A stretch of DNA of 63,666 nt, filler included, from Chiloscyllium plagiosum (taxonomy: Eukaryota): assembly GCF_004010195.1 (NCBI RefSeq). It is 4 parts of one record of this genome, joined end to end, with 100 filler letters (N's around TTAATTAATTAA, not from the genome) between each part and the next. Parts side by side here need not be neighbours in the genome. Positions count along the whole stretch, not along the records: positions 31,551 to 60,733 come from NC_057712.1; positions 60,834 to 63,666 come from NC_057712.1; 2 more parts are not named here. The stretch is one strand, 5' to 3'. Numbering within the stretch: the stretch's first letter is position 1; each line of letters opens with the position of its first letter. A program made the translations under genes and the position numbers. Shown here piece by piece: positions 50,760-62,224 of the stretch. The notes under the pieces were generated by a model. That model was given only the letters and a program-made list of their open reading frames with translations, searched no databases and was not told the DNA's origin.

Positions 50760-51390
50760 CGCTGTGTGATCACTTCGCAGAACATCTACATTCTGTCCAC
50801 CACACAAAAAAAGACCCTGGACTTCCAGTCGCCTGTCACTTCAACTCACCACCTTGTTCCCTGGCTAATATCCCTGCCTCGGGCTTGCTGCAGTGCTCCA
50901 GCAAAGCTCAGCGCAAGTTGGAAGATCAACACCTCATTTTTCCAGCTGGGAACTCTATAACTTTCTGGACTTAATGTCGAGTTCAACAATTGTAGGGCCT
51001 GAGGCACCTTCTCCATGCACTTACCCCAGCTCCCACACGCCAGGCCTTGTTATCACATGATCTGCTATTACACACAACCACTAACAGTCCCCATTAACAT
51101 CCACCCGTAGCCAGCTCATTATCCATGTCTTTGTATGTCCAACTGTTCTTCTCTCTCTTTGGGCTCTATCTCCACCTATCACTAACTCTCCCCTGTTCTC
51201 CCCCCACCCTATCTTCTGTAGTAAAAACAACTTGTTCCTAGCTGCCATCAGTTCTGAGGAAGGGTCACTCAACCCGAAACATTAACTCTGATTCCTCTCC
51301 ACAGGTGCTGCCAGATCTGCTGAGTTTTTCCAGCAGTCTCTGTTTTTGCCTCTGCTTTCTACCACCCGCATTCCTTTCGGTTTTTTTTTG
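50760..51390 (+). mobile_element. PLE family C 3' remnant: GIY-YIG C-terminal part and terminal repeat with hammerhead motif
   Basis: LCDHFAEHLHSV...LPVACHFNS...RKLEDQHLIF; AGTT-CTGAGGA-A-GGGT(CACTCA)ACCC-GAAA-CA-TT-AACT at 51250-51287. Confidence 0.8.
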
Positions 51391-51589
51391 TTCACTGAGT
51401 TGGGTGACCAGCCATGATCATATTGAATGGTGGTGCAGGCTCGACAGGCCGAATGGCCTATTCCTGCTCCTATTTTCTCCGTTTCTGTGCTAAGTGTATG
51501 ACTGTTGATCTGGAGGCACATGTAGGCCAGACCAGGTAAGTTCAGCAGATTTCTTTTCCCTGCAAGGCATTAATCAATCTGATGGGGAG

Positions 51590-52778
51590 GTGATGGCTTA
51601 GTGGTATTATCACTGGGCCTATTAATGCAAAGACCCAGATAATGGGCTGGAGACCTGTGTTCAAATCCTGCCGTGGTGGAATTTGAATTGAATTTATTGT
51701 CACGTGGCACAGTGAAAAGCTTTGTCTTGTGAGCAATACAGGCAGATTACAGAGTTAAGTGACATAGATAGTAAATGATAGGTAAACAGCGGCAAAAACA
51801 AAAGCACAGGTATAGGGGAATGTTAATTAGGAACCATGTGTTGACCAGATGGGGAAGCCCATTTGGTTCACTAATGTCCTTTAGGGAAGGAAATTGCCAT
51901 CCTTACCTGGTCTGGCCTACATGTGACTCCAGACCCACAGCAACGTGACCAGTGGAGTGACACAAGGATCGGTGCTGGGCCCTCTACTTTTTGTCATTTA
52001 CATAAATGATTTGGATGCGAGCATAAGAGGTACAGTTAGTAAGTTTGCAGATTACACCAAAATTGGAGGTGTAGTGGACAGCGAAGAGGGTTACCTCAGA
52101 TTACAACAGGATCTGGACCAGATGGGCCAATGGGCTGAGAAGTGGCAGATGGAGTTTAATTCAGATAAANNNNNNNNNNNNNNNNNNNNNNNNNNNNNNN
52201 NNNNNNNNNNNNNNNNNNNNNNNNNNNNNNNNNNNNNNNNNNNNNNNNNNNNNNNNNNNNNNNNNNNNNNNNNNNNNNNNNNNNNNNNNNNNNNNNNNNN
52301 NNNNNNNNNNNNNNNNNNNNNNNNNNNNNNNNNNNNNNNNNNNNNNNNNNNNNNNNNNNNNNNNNNNNNNNNNNNNNNNNNNNNNNNNNNNNNNNNNNNN
52401 NNNNNNNNNNNNNNNNNNNNNNNNNNNNNNNNNNNNNNNNNNNNNNNNNNNAAAAGAGACGTAAGGGGCAACTTTTTCATGCAGAGGGTCGTACGTGTAT
52501 GGAATGAGCTGCCAGAGGATGTGGTGGAGGCTGGTACAATTGCAACATTTAAGAGGCATTTGGATGGGTATATGAATAGGAAGGGTTTGGAGGGATATGG
52601 GCCGGGTGCTGGCAGGTGGGACTAGATTGGGTTGGGATATCTGGTCGGCATGGACAGGTTGGACCGAAGGGTCTGTTTCCATGCTGTACATCTCTATGAC
52701 TCTATGACTCTTAACTGCTCTCTGGGGAACTAGGGATGGGCAGTAAATGTTAGCCTAGCCAGTGCTGCCCACGTCCAA
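51590..52778 (+). mobile_element. tRNA-derived SINE (second family) carrying a Rex1 tail (51680-51825) and a CR1 (51945-52709)
   Basis: Head GATGGCTTAGTGGTATTATCACT...GTTCAAATCC; body GGTTCACTAATGTCCTTTAGGGAAGG; tail CTAGGGATGGGCAGTAAATG. The inner CR1 reads GVTQGSVLGPLLFVIYINDLD. Confidence 0.7.
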
Positions 52779-53404
52779 CAATCGACAGTGGTTACTTCAT
52801 CACGTTAGGCCATCTCTTTTTTGTAGAGTTTTATTGCCATTGGTAGGTTTTACCAATCCTTGTCATGTGACATGCACATTTCTATTGAACAGAACATCAC
52901 AGCAGCAACTTGCTAGCATTGTTGTGTCAGCTCAGGCCAATTGGTCTCAATGCCAAGACGTGGTAATAATGTTGGGATTGTCGGTGCAAACTGAGATCAT
53001 TGCTTCCTGGGAGAGAAATTGGAAAGCCGCAGTTCCTAGCTGGATGGAAGAGATGGAAGATTGAGAGGCAGTAATCCAATTAAGTTCAACAAACAGCCAC
53101 CAGGCTACTACCATTGGTGACACTGCTCAGCAGAAAACTGTCTCAAACACAATGCAAGTAAAAATATCTAAAATTACAGAGAAGTTTACCACACAGACAC
53201 AGGGCGCTTAGGCCAGTGTTACAGGAATGATCTGACCCCCTCATTTACCAGGTTATTGCCAGGACAAGACCATTCTATCTATCATGAAAGAATCAATAGA
53301 CTGGGGTTATTTGTCTTGAACATAGGAGGCTGAGTGGAGGTTTAATTTATGTGTAGATGTGGGACCTTAATAGAGTGGAAGTGAGGGACTTATAGCTGGT
53401 AGCA

Positions 53405-53621
53405 CAAGTGTCGAGAGTGTGGTGCTGGAAAAGCACAGCAGGTCAGGCAGCATCCGAGGAGCAGGAGAATCAACGTTTCAGGCATAAGCCCTTTATCAGG
53501 AAGATTTTTGAAGATTCGCAAAACGTCGTTTTTCCTGCTCCTCGGATGCTGCCTGACCAGCTGTGCTTTTCCAGCGCCACACTCTCGACTCTGACCCCCA
53601 GCATCTGCAGTCCTCACTTTC
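53405..53621. mobile_element. PLE family A fold-back element
   Basis: Long inverted arms; 11-bp TSD AGCTGGTAGCA (53394-53404 / 53622-53632). Confidence 0.8.
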
Positions 53622-53724
53622 AGCTGGTAGCAAAGATGTCAACCAACCCACCACAGGCATTGATTCAAAGCATTTTGTAAATTGGGGCATGGCGAAGTTT
53701 TGACTACCCATCGTGTCAGAATTT

Positions 53725-54136
53725 ACACGACACCAGGTTATCAACTAACAGGGAGAAAGTGAGGACCACAGATGCTGGATTCAGAGTCGTGAGTGTGGTG
53801 CTGGAAAAACACAGCAGGTCAGGCAGCATCCAGAGAGCAGGAGAATCGACATTTCAGGCAAAAGCCTTCCTGATGAAGGATTTCTGCCCGAAACATCGAT
53901 TCTCCTGTTCCTTGGTGCTGCCTGACCTGCTGCGCTTTTCCAGCACCACACTCTCAACAGGTTTATTTGAAATCACAAGGTTTCGGAGCGCACCCTTTCG
54001 TCAGATGAAGTAATGAAGTTGACTTGATCTGATGAAGGGGCGGCGCTCCGAAATAAACCTGTTGGGATTATAACCCGCTGCTGTGCGACTTCTGACTTTG
54101 CCCGGCCCAGTCAAACAGCAGCACCTCCACATCATG
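53725..54136. mobile_element. Family B fold-back element with a family A fold-back (about 53753-53955) nested in its left arm
   Basis: Family B sequence breaks at AACAGG and resumes at AACAGGTTTATTTG; motifs CTGATGAAGGATTTCTGCCCGAAACATC (~53870) and CTGATGAAGGGGCGGCGCTCCGAAA (~54030). Confidence 0.75.
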
Positions 54137-54461
54137 GCCCCCAGAGTGTATCGGGGACCTGAAATGCAATGCCTGAAAGGATTGGAGAGGCAGAAATCAT
54201 CCACATTTAACAATGTATGGCTAGGTAATGAAGATGCTATCATCTGCAGAGAGCCACTCAGAAGCTGCAAGGTGGCAGTGGTCTACACAGCTGCTGGTCA
54301 GCTAGCACAGAAGCAATGGGATGAATGGCCTTCATTCGTGCCAGGGGTCCTTCTGATTTTATGATTCATCATCCAGGCCAGTATTTCAGCAACACGTTTT
54401 CTCCCACTCCTTATTTGTATATCCTTCCATTTCTTACTGACCTGTGTCCATTCCCTGAAAG

Positions 54462-54587
54462 GGCGGAAGTGGGTACTGCAGATGCTGGAGATTCAAGTCA
54501 AGATGAAGAGCTTTTGCCCGTCAATTTTCCTGCTCCTCGGATGCTGCCTGACATGCTGCGTCTTTCCAGCACCACTCTAATCATGAC
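54462..54587. mobile_element. PLE family A inverted/rearranged mini-insertion
   Basis: 15-bp TSD TCCATTCCCTGAAAG (54447-54461 / 54588-54602). Confidence 0.75.
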
Positions 54588-55159
54588 TCCATTCCCTGAA
54601 AGTTGACAGTACACCTCAGTTAAATGAATTTACCCAGGTAAAGCACATAACAAAGGCAGGCCCAGGAAACAGAGCTAAACCAATCTCGTTCTGTGCCGTC
54701 CATCATTTTACAGAGATGTCTCCGATGAAACTCATTGCACATGGGGCAGCATGGTGGCTTGGTGGTTAGCACTGCTGCTTCACAGTCCCAGGTCCGATTC
54801 CAGCCTTGGGTGACTGTCTGTGTTGAGTTTGCACATTCTCCCCGTGTCTGCCTGGATTTCCTCTGGGTACTCCGGTTTCCTCCCACAGTCCAAAGATGTG
54901 TAGGTCAGGTGAATTGGCCATGCCAAATTGCCCATAGTGTTGGGTGCATTAGTCAGAGGGAAAAGGGTCTGGGTGGGTTACTCTTCGGAGGGTCAGTGTG
55001 GACTGTTGGGCCAAAGGGCCTGTTTCCACACTATAGGGAATCTAATCTAATCACACAAATGGCTTGCAGGCTTAAAATTGGTATCACAAGGCTGGTGATG
55101 ATTACTCTCTTTACAACTCGCAAGAAGAAGTGCACAAGAACAAGAATAGTTGTTGAGTC

Positions 55160-55860
55160 CTTTCGGGTCATTGTAAGTCCAACCAATCCACCCCAAGCAT
55201 GTTCCCAAGCGAAACCAGTCGCACCTGCCTGCACTTGCTCCATATGTCTCCAAACCCTTCCTGTTCATCTACTTCTCCAAATGTCTTTTAACCTGTAACC
55301 ACTTCCTCTAGAAGCTCATTCCACACTTTTACACTAAAAAAAAAGCTGTCCCTTTTAAATCTTTCTCTTTTCACCTTAAAAATACGCCCCCTAGTTTTGA
55401 ATTCCTCAGCCCTAGAGAAAAGACTCTTGTCATTCACCTTATCTATGCCCCTCGTGATTTTATAGACCTCTGTAAAATCACCCCTCAAACTCCTACGTTC
55501 CGCGGGAAAAAGGTCTCTTTCCAGTCTATTTTTATATCTCATTCCCGGCAACATCCAGTTTAATAACATCTGTCCTACAGCAGGGCAAATCAGAACTGCA
55601 CACAGCCCTCCAGAACAGGCCTCACCAATGTCCTATACAACTCAATGTGATGCCCTAACTTCTATACTTAAAGAAATAGCAATGAAGGCAAGTGAGTTAA
55701 ACACATTAAACACCCTGTCTACCTGCAATGCAAATTTCAAAGAATTATGTATCAGAACTCCCTCAGTCTCTCTGTTCTACAACACGATCCAGGGCCCTCC
55801 CATTAATCGCGTAAATCATATTACCAAAATGCAATTCCTCACATTTATCCAAATTAAATT
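55160..55860 (-). mobile_element. CR1 LINE 3' fragment
   Basis: ORF 55288..55569 RSLRGDFTEVYKI...VKVWNELLEEVV. Confidence 0.8.
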
Positions 55861-56235
55861 CCTCATTGCTAATCTATCTTTTTTGAGTCCAAAGTGAATT
55901 CTTTTTTAATATTTGTTCATGGGATGTGGGCAGTGTTGGCTAAGCCAGCAACAAATGCTGATCCCTAATTGCCCAGAGGATAGTTAAGAGTCAACTGCCA
56001 CATCCTTGTTCACAAAAGGTGGTAAGGATGAGACTAGCAATTACAGAGCAGTCAATGGTGGGAAAACGTCCTGAAACAATTATTCAGGATAGAGTTAGTA
56101 ATCACATGGAAAAAGGTGGTTTGACTATGAATAGTCAGCACAGATTTCCAAAGGGGAAAGCATGTTTTGTGAACCTCCTGAAGTTTATGGAAGTGAAAAC
56201 ATAAAAGCTGGATGAGGGTAATACTGTTGATGTGG

Positions 56236-56308
56236 TATCCAGTGGCCTAATGGATAAGGCGCTGGCCTCTAGAGTGAGGGATGGTGGGTTCAAGTCCCAC
56301 TTAGAGTG
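56236..56308 (+). pseudogene. Degenerate tRNA-Arg(CCT)-like sequence; anticodon loop now reads CT-CTA-GA
   Basis: CCAGTGGCCTAATGGATAAGGCGCTGGCCTCTAGAGTGAGGGATGGTGGGTTCAAGTCCCAC matches the vertebrate tRNA-Arg(CCT) D and T arms (from memory). 73 nt; acceptor and anticodon stems are mispaired. Confidence 0.7.
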
Positions 56309-56437
56309 CTTATAGGTTACTGTTAGGAATCAATTGTCATAGAACATCCACTGATTGTTATCACACCTTGTAACAACATGCCTTCACCTTTTTAGGGCAG
56401 CACTGCTGCCTCACAGCACCAGGGACCCGGGTTCAAT

Positions 56438-57455
56438 CATGTCTCACAAACTTGATTGAGTTTTTTGAAGAAGTAACAAAGAGGTTTGGTGAGGGCAGAG
56501 CGGTAGATGTGATCTATATGGACTTCAGTAAGGCGTTCGACAAGGTTCCCCATGGGAGACTGATTAGCAAGGTTAGATCTCATGGAATACAGGGAGAACT
56601 AGCCATTTGGATACAGAACTGGCTCAAAGGTAGAAGACAGAGGGTGGTGGTGGAGGGTTGGTTTTCAGACTGGAGGCCTGTGACTAGTGGAGTGCCATAA
56701 GGATCAGTGCTGGGTCCTCTACTTTTTGTCACTTAGTAAGTTGGCAGATGACACCAAAATTGGAGTTGTAATGGACATTGAAGAAGGTTACCTCAGATTA
56801 CAACAGGATCTGGACCAGATGGGCCAATGGGCCTAGAAGTAGCAAATGGAGTTTAATTCAGATAAATGCGAGGTGCTGCATTTTGGGAAAGCAAATCTTA
56901 GCAGGACTTATACACTTAATGGTAAGGTCCTAGAGAGTGTTGCTGAACAAAGAGACCTTGGAGGGCAGGTTCATAGCTCCTTGAAAGTGGAGTCGCAGGT
57001 AGATAGAATAGTGAAGAAGGNNNNNNNNNNNNNNNNNNNNNNNNNNNNNNNNNNNNNNNNNNNNNNNNNNNNNNNNNNNNNNNNNNNNNNNNNNNNNNNN
57101 NNNNNNNNNNNNNNNNNNNNNNNNNNNNNNNNNNNNNNNNNNNNNNNNNNNNNNNNNNNNNNNNNNNNNNNNNNTTAGGGTGAGAGGGGAAAGATATAAA
57201 AGAGACCTAAGGGGCAACTTTTTCACGCAGAGGGTGGTACGTGTATGGAATGAGCTGCTAGAGGAAGTGGTGGAGGCTGGTACAATTGCAACACTTAAAA
57301 GGCATTTGGATGGGGATATGAACAGGAAGGGTTTGGAGGGATATGGGCCGGGTGCTGGCAGGTGGGACTAGCTTGGGTTGGGATATCTGGTCAGCATGGA
57401 CAGGTTGGACCGAAGGGTCTGTTTCCATGCTGTACATCTCTATGACTCTACGACT
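56438..57455 (+). mobile_element. CR1 LINE, RT region to 3' end (contains an N-gap)
   Basis: VDVIYMDFSKAFDKVPHGRL, EFNSDKCEVLHFG, GNFFTQRVVRVWNEL. Confidence 0.9.
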
Positions 57456-60270
57456 ATGAGATGGAAATTTTGTAGTGGATATTGGTGGGGAGCCTATCCT
57501 CAGAAATGGAAACATAGAAGTCAAAGGAAAGTGAAGGTGAGAGAGGGACAGAAACTGGAAGCCAGATTGACAAACTTTTCCAATTCTGACTGAGACCAGG
57601 AAGCAGCACTGATTGCATCATCATTGAAAAGTTTTATTGCTAGTCTTAAAAATACCATCATGTAAAGAGAATAAACATGCAATACGGCAAAGATTAGGGT
57701 GAGCCAAAGGAATTGGAAGGTTTTATAAGCCAAAAAAAGATAATCAAAAATCTATTGACGGGAGAGAAAATAAAGTGTGAAGGCAAACTAGCAAGGAACG
57801 TGAAAACCGACAGTAAGAGCTTCTTTAAACGATAAATAAAAGGAAGAGAGAAGGCAGGATGGAGATAAGCACCCTGGAGAAATAGTGATGGGGAACTAGG
57901 AAATGGCAGCAACAGGAGTTGTATCAATTTTCACAGTAATAGCATTTCAAAATTACTTAATATTCAAATGGCCAAAGAGACAAGTAAATAACTAACAAAT
58001 TGGAAAATTTGCCAGGGAAATTGATGGGGCTAAATATGGCTAAATCCCTTGAACCTGATGCATCCAAGGATATTATAGGAAGTAACTCCAACAGATGCAC
58101 TGGTAATATTCTTCCAAGAATCCTTCAAAGAAATCCAAGAGATTGGAGAACTGCCAGAGCAACGCCCTTACTTAAAACAAGGAACAGAAAAAAATAACCA
58201 TAGGCCAGTTCGCTCAGCATATTTAATTGGGAAAATGTTAATGCCTATTATAAGGGTTGTGAAATACGTGATGTGATTAAGCAGGCAATGCATAGTCTAG
58301 TCGGCAAAATGCCACAGCAAGGGACCATCTATTTAAGATAGAGATGAGGAGAAATTTCTTCTTTTGAGGAGAGCGAATTTGTGGAATTCCTCATCACAGC
58401 GTGCTGGTGAATCTTACTGATTTTGTATACTTCAGGTCACCACGGATGTGAGATGGGCCGAATGGCCTAATTCTTCTCTTATGCCATATGGCCTTATGGA
58501 TAAGACACAAGATGGTTGGAGAGCCAGGCTCTGCGGGCAAGGGAGCGCATTTATGTACAGACATGTTGTCGCCTTTAAACCTGATGAGCTCCCAGTCCTC
58601 CTCGCTGGTGAGTTAGTGCTGGAGTAAAGAGGGTTGTCCACACCCAATCAGACCCAGAAAGATCAGCAAAGACTCAGTACTGCCACTGTAGCAGGCTGCA
58701 CTCAGTAAACTGCCTCTTGTTATGAAGACAAGTGACTCCTCTTGTTGAGCTTCACCATTAGTAATTTGACAGGTCCTCAGACAGAACATTGAACATAGGA
58801 ATATGGGAGTAGGAGTAGGCCAAAAAGCCTCTCGATATTGTTCCACTACGCAATGAGATCATGACTGACGTGGCCTAACAGCATTATCCAACTTTTAGCC
58901 CATGTCCCTCAACACCTTCGCTTAACAAAACTATATCTATCACAGATAATTAACAGATGATCTTGCATTTGCTGCCATTTCGTGTGTAGAAGTGCTTCCT
59001 AACATCCTCCCTGAATGGCCTGGTCGTAATTCTTAGTTAGTGTCTCTTAGTTCGAGAATTCCTAATCAATGGAAATAGATTATCTTTATCTACCCTGTCT
59101 CTTCCAGTTAATATCTTGAAGACTTTAATCAGATCACCCTTTAACCTTCTCAATTCTAGAGAAAGCAGATACTGAGTAATCATTTAGTTTCTCTACCATT
59201 TCCTTGTTCCCCAGCATTTACAAAAAAATTTTATATGTTTGAATTGAATTGAATTTATTGTCACGTGTACCGAGGCACAGTGAAATGCTTTGTCTTGCGA
59301 GCAATACAGGCAGATCACAGAGTTAAATAACATTGATAAGTAAATCATAGGTAAACAGCGGCAAAAGCAAAAACACAGGTACAGGCGAATGTGAAGAGTT
59401 TGAGAGTCCATTCAGTATTCTAACAACAATAGGGTAGAAACTGTTACAAAACCATCTGGTGGGTGTGTTTATCTGCCTATCTTTCCTTGTTATTATGTTG
59501 AAGATTTTGATCAGTTAATTCCTTAATCTTTCCAATTCTGAGAAACCAGGCTTTGTTTGAGTAATCTCTCTTCGTACCCTAGCACCTGAAGTCCAGGTAT
59601 CATTCTTGTAAAACTGCGTTGAACTTCCTCCAAGGTCAATATAGCCTTCCTAAGCCCAGATTTACTAACAGTAGTTCAAGTGGAGTCTAACTGTATGACC
59701 ACAGCATCTTTGAACTCCAGCCGTCTAGGTATAAAGGCAACATTCCATTAGCTTTGTTGATTATTTTCTGCATCTGTTTGTAACATCCTAAAGATCTATT
59801 CGCCTAAACCACCAAGTCTCTTTGGAAATCCACTGCATTTACGTTCCACAAAGTATCCCGATCCGTCCTTTCTCGTTGCATAGTGGGTAATCTCACGCCT
59901 GCTTACATTAAACTCCATCAGCCACAGTTTCAGCCATTCACGCAGTCTATCAACACCTATATGTAATTTTCTGAGGTCACAGACACTGTTCACAATGCTG
60001 TCCAACACAATGAAAAAAAGGATTCATGGCTGCTTTACACCTCAGTAACCCACCTCAGTAATCAGCAAGTCAAAAGATAAAAGTAACCTTGTGCATCAAT
60101 GAGAACTCTCCAATTCTTTCCAAAGTAGTGCTGAGATACACTACTGCAAATGTCAATTATGAGTCAGAATCAGAATTAGGTTTGTTGTCATGCAAACTCA
60201 AATTACAAAAGAACAGGAGGACAGTGAAAAGTGTACAAAATCACTAACGCACGGCACCACCTTAGGTACA

Positions 60271-60463
60271 AAGCAGGTCAGGCAGCATCCGTGGAGCAGG
60301 TGAGTCAATGTTTCAGGCATAAGCCCTTCATCTGAATCGCCATTCCTGACATGATTGGAACGTCAATTCTCCTGCTCCTTGGATACAGCCTGAGCTGCTG
60401 GGCTTTTCCACCGGCACACCTTTTGACTCCAACTCTCCAGCATTTGCAGTCCTCACTTTCTCC
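60271..60463. mobile_element. Old PLE family A fold-back element
   Basis: Inverted arms ending CCTCACTTTCTCC; TSD T(T/G)AGGTACA (60262-60270 / 60464-60472). Confidence 0.7.
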
Positions 60464-60611
60464 TGAGGTACACACTACCAAGGTTTTGGCCGCAAGGTTA
60501 AAGAAAAGGGAAATAAAGATAAAACATTACACTACATCACAGATGTACATGGTATAAGTTAGGAAAATAAGAAATAAAGCAACCGGTACCCAACCAATAA
60601 CCATCTTCAAA

Positions 60612-60733
60612 CCGGCCCCACTGACCGTCCGCACTCCAGCCCCACTGACCATCCCCACTCCGGCCCCACTGACCATCCCCACTCCAGCCCCACTGACCGT
60701 CCCCACTCCGGCCCCACTGACCATCCCCACTCC
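60612..60733. repeat. 24-bp minisatellite running into a scaffold gap
   Basis: CCCCACTGACC(A/G)TCCCCACTCC(A/G)G repeated about 5 times. Confidence 0.9.
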
Positions 60734-60833
60734 NNNNNNNNNNNNNNNNNNNNNNNNNNNNNNNNNNNNNNNNNNNNTTAATTAATTAANNNNNNNNNNN
60801 NNNNNNNNNNNNNNNNNNNNNNNNNNNNNNNNN

Positions 60834-62212
60834 GCAGAGATAATACAGGAAATTATAGGCCTGAGAGCCTCACAATGGTAGTAGGGAAATAATTGGAAAA
60901 TATTCTCAGGGACAAGATCTGGATGCATTTAGAAGCAAATGGACTTATTAGCAATAGACAGCAAGGTCTTGAGCAGAAATGGTCGTGCCTCACTAACTTT
61001 ATCAGGTTTTTTGAGGAGGTGATGAAGTTGATTGATGAGGCACAAGTGGTTTATGTTGTCTACATAGACTTCAGTAAAGCCTTTGTGGTAGATTGGTACA
61101 AAAGATGAAATCACATGGTATCAGGGTGAACTGGCAAGATGGATACAGAGCTGGTTTAGTCAGAGGTGACAGAGGGTAGCGGTAGAAAGATAATTTTCAG
61201 AATGGAAGTTGTCAATAGTGGTATTCCACAGGGATTAGTGCTGGGATCTCTGCTGTTCGTGGTCTACATAAATGATTTGGAGGAAAACATGGCTGGTGTA
61301 ATTAGTAAGTTTGTGGGCAATACAAAGATTGGTGAAGTTGCAGATAGTGAGAGGGATTGTCAGAGGAAACAGCAGGATATAGATAAATTGGAGGCATGGG
61401 CAGAAAAATGGCAGATTTTTAATCCGGACAAATGTGAGGTGATGTATTTTGGAAGGTCAAGTACAGGTGGAAATTATACAGTGAATGGCAGAACCCTTAG
61501 GACTATTGAAATGCAGAGGGATCTGGGTGTGCAGGTCCATAGATCACTGAAGGTGGCAGTGCAGTGGCCAAGGTAGGAAAACAAAAGGCCTATGACATGC
61601 TTGCCTTCGTTGGAAAGGGCATTGAGTATAAGGATAGGCAAGTTATACTTCAGCTTTATAGAACTTTACTTAGGCCACACTTGGAATATTGCTTACAGTT
61701 CTGGTCACCACACAACCAGAAGGATGTAGATGCTTTGGAGTCAGTACAGAAAGGTTTACCAGGATATTGCCTGGTATGGGGAATTTTAGCTATGATGAAA
61801 GATTCAATACCACTGGGTTTGTTTTCACTGGAGTGTAGGAGGTTGAGGGGTGACCTGAGAGTTTATAAGATTGTAAATGGCATGGATAGAGTGGAAAGTT
61901 TGAGGCTTTTTTCATGGTAGAGGGGTCAATTACAAGGGGACACAAGTTCAAGGTTTTGGGGGAGATGTTTAAAAGAGATGTACAAGGCACGTTTTTCACA
62001 CAAAGGGTGGTGAATGCCTGGAACGCACTGTCACAGGAGTAGTGAAAGTAGCCACAATAGCAGCATTCAAGAAGCACCTGGACAAATACGTGAATAGGAA
62101 GGGAATAGAGAAATACAGATCCTATAAGTAAATTGTAGTATGGAAGTGTAAAATGTGTTGGTGCAGGTTTGGAGGGTCGAAGGACCTGTTCCTGTGTAGT
62201 ATTGTTCTTTGT
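60834..62212 (+). mobile_element. CR1 LINE ORF2 RT region to 3' end
   Basis: YIDFSKAF, GIPQGLVLGSLLFVVYINDL, LLRPHLEYCLQFW. Confidence 0.9.
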
Positions 62213-62224
62213 TTTTCTTTGATT

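Noticed and set aside
60527..60730. (MVSGAGVG)n repeat protein ORF
   Set aside because: Translation of the 24-bp minisatellite next to a gap.
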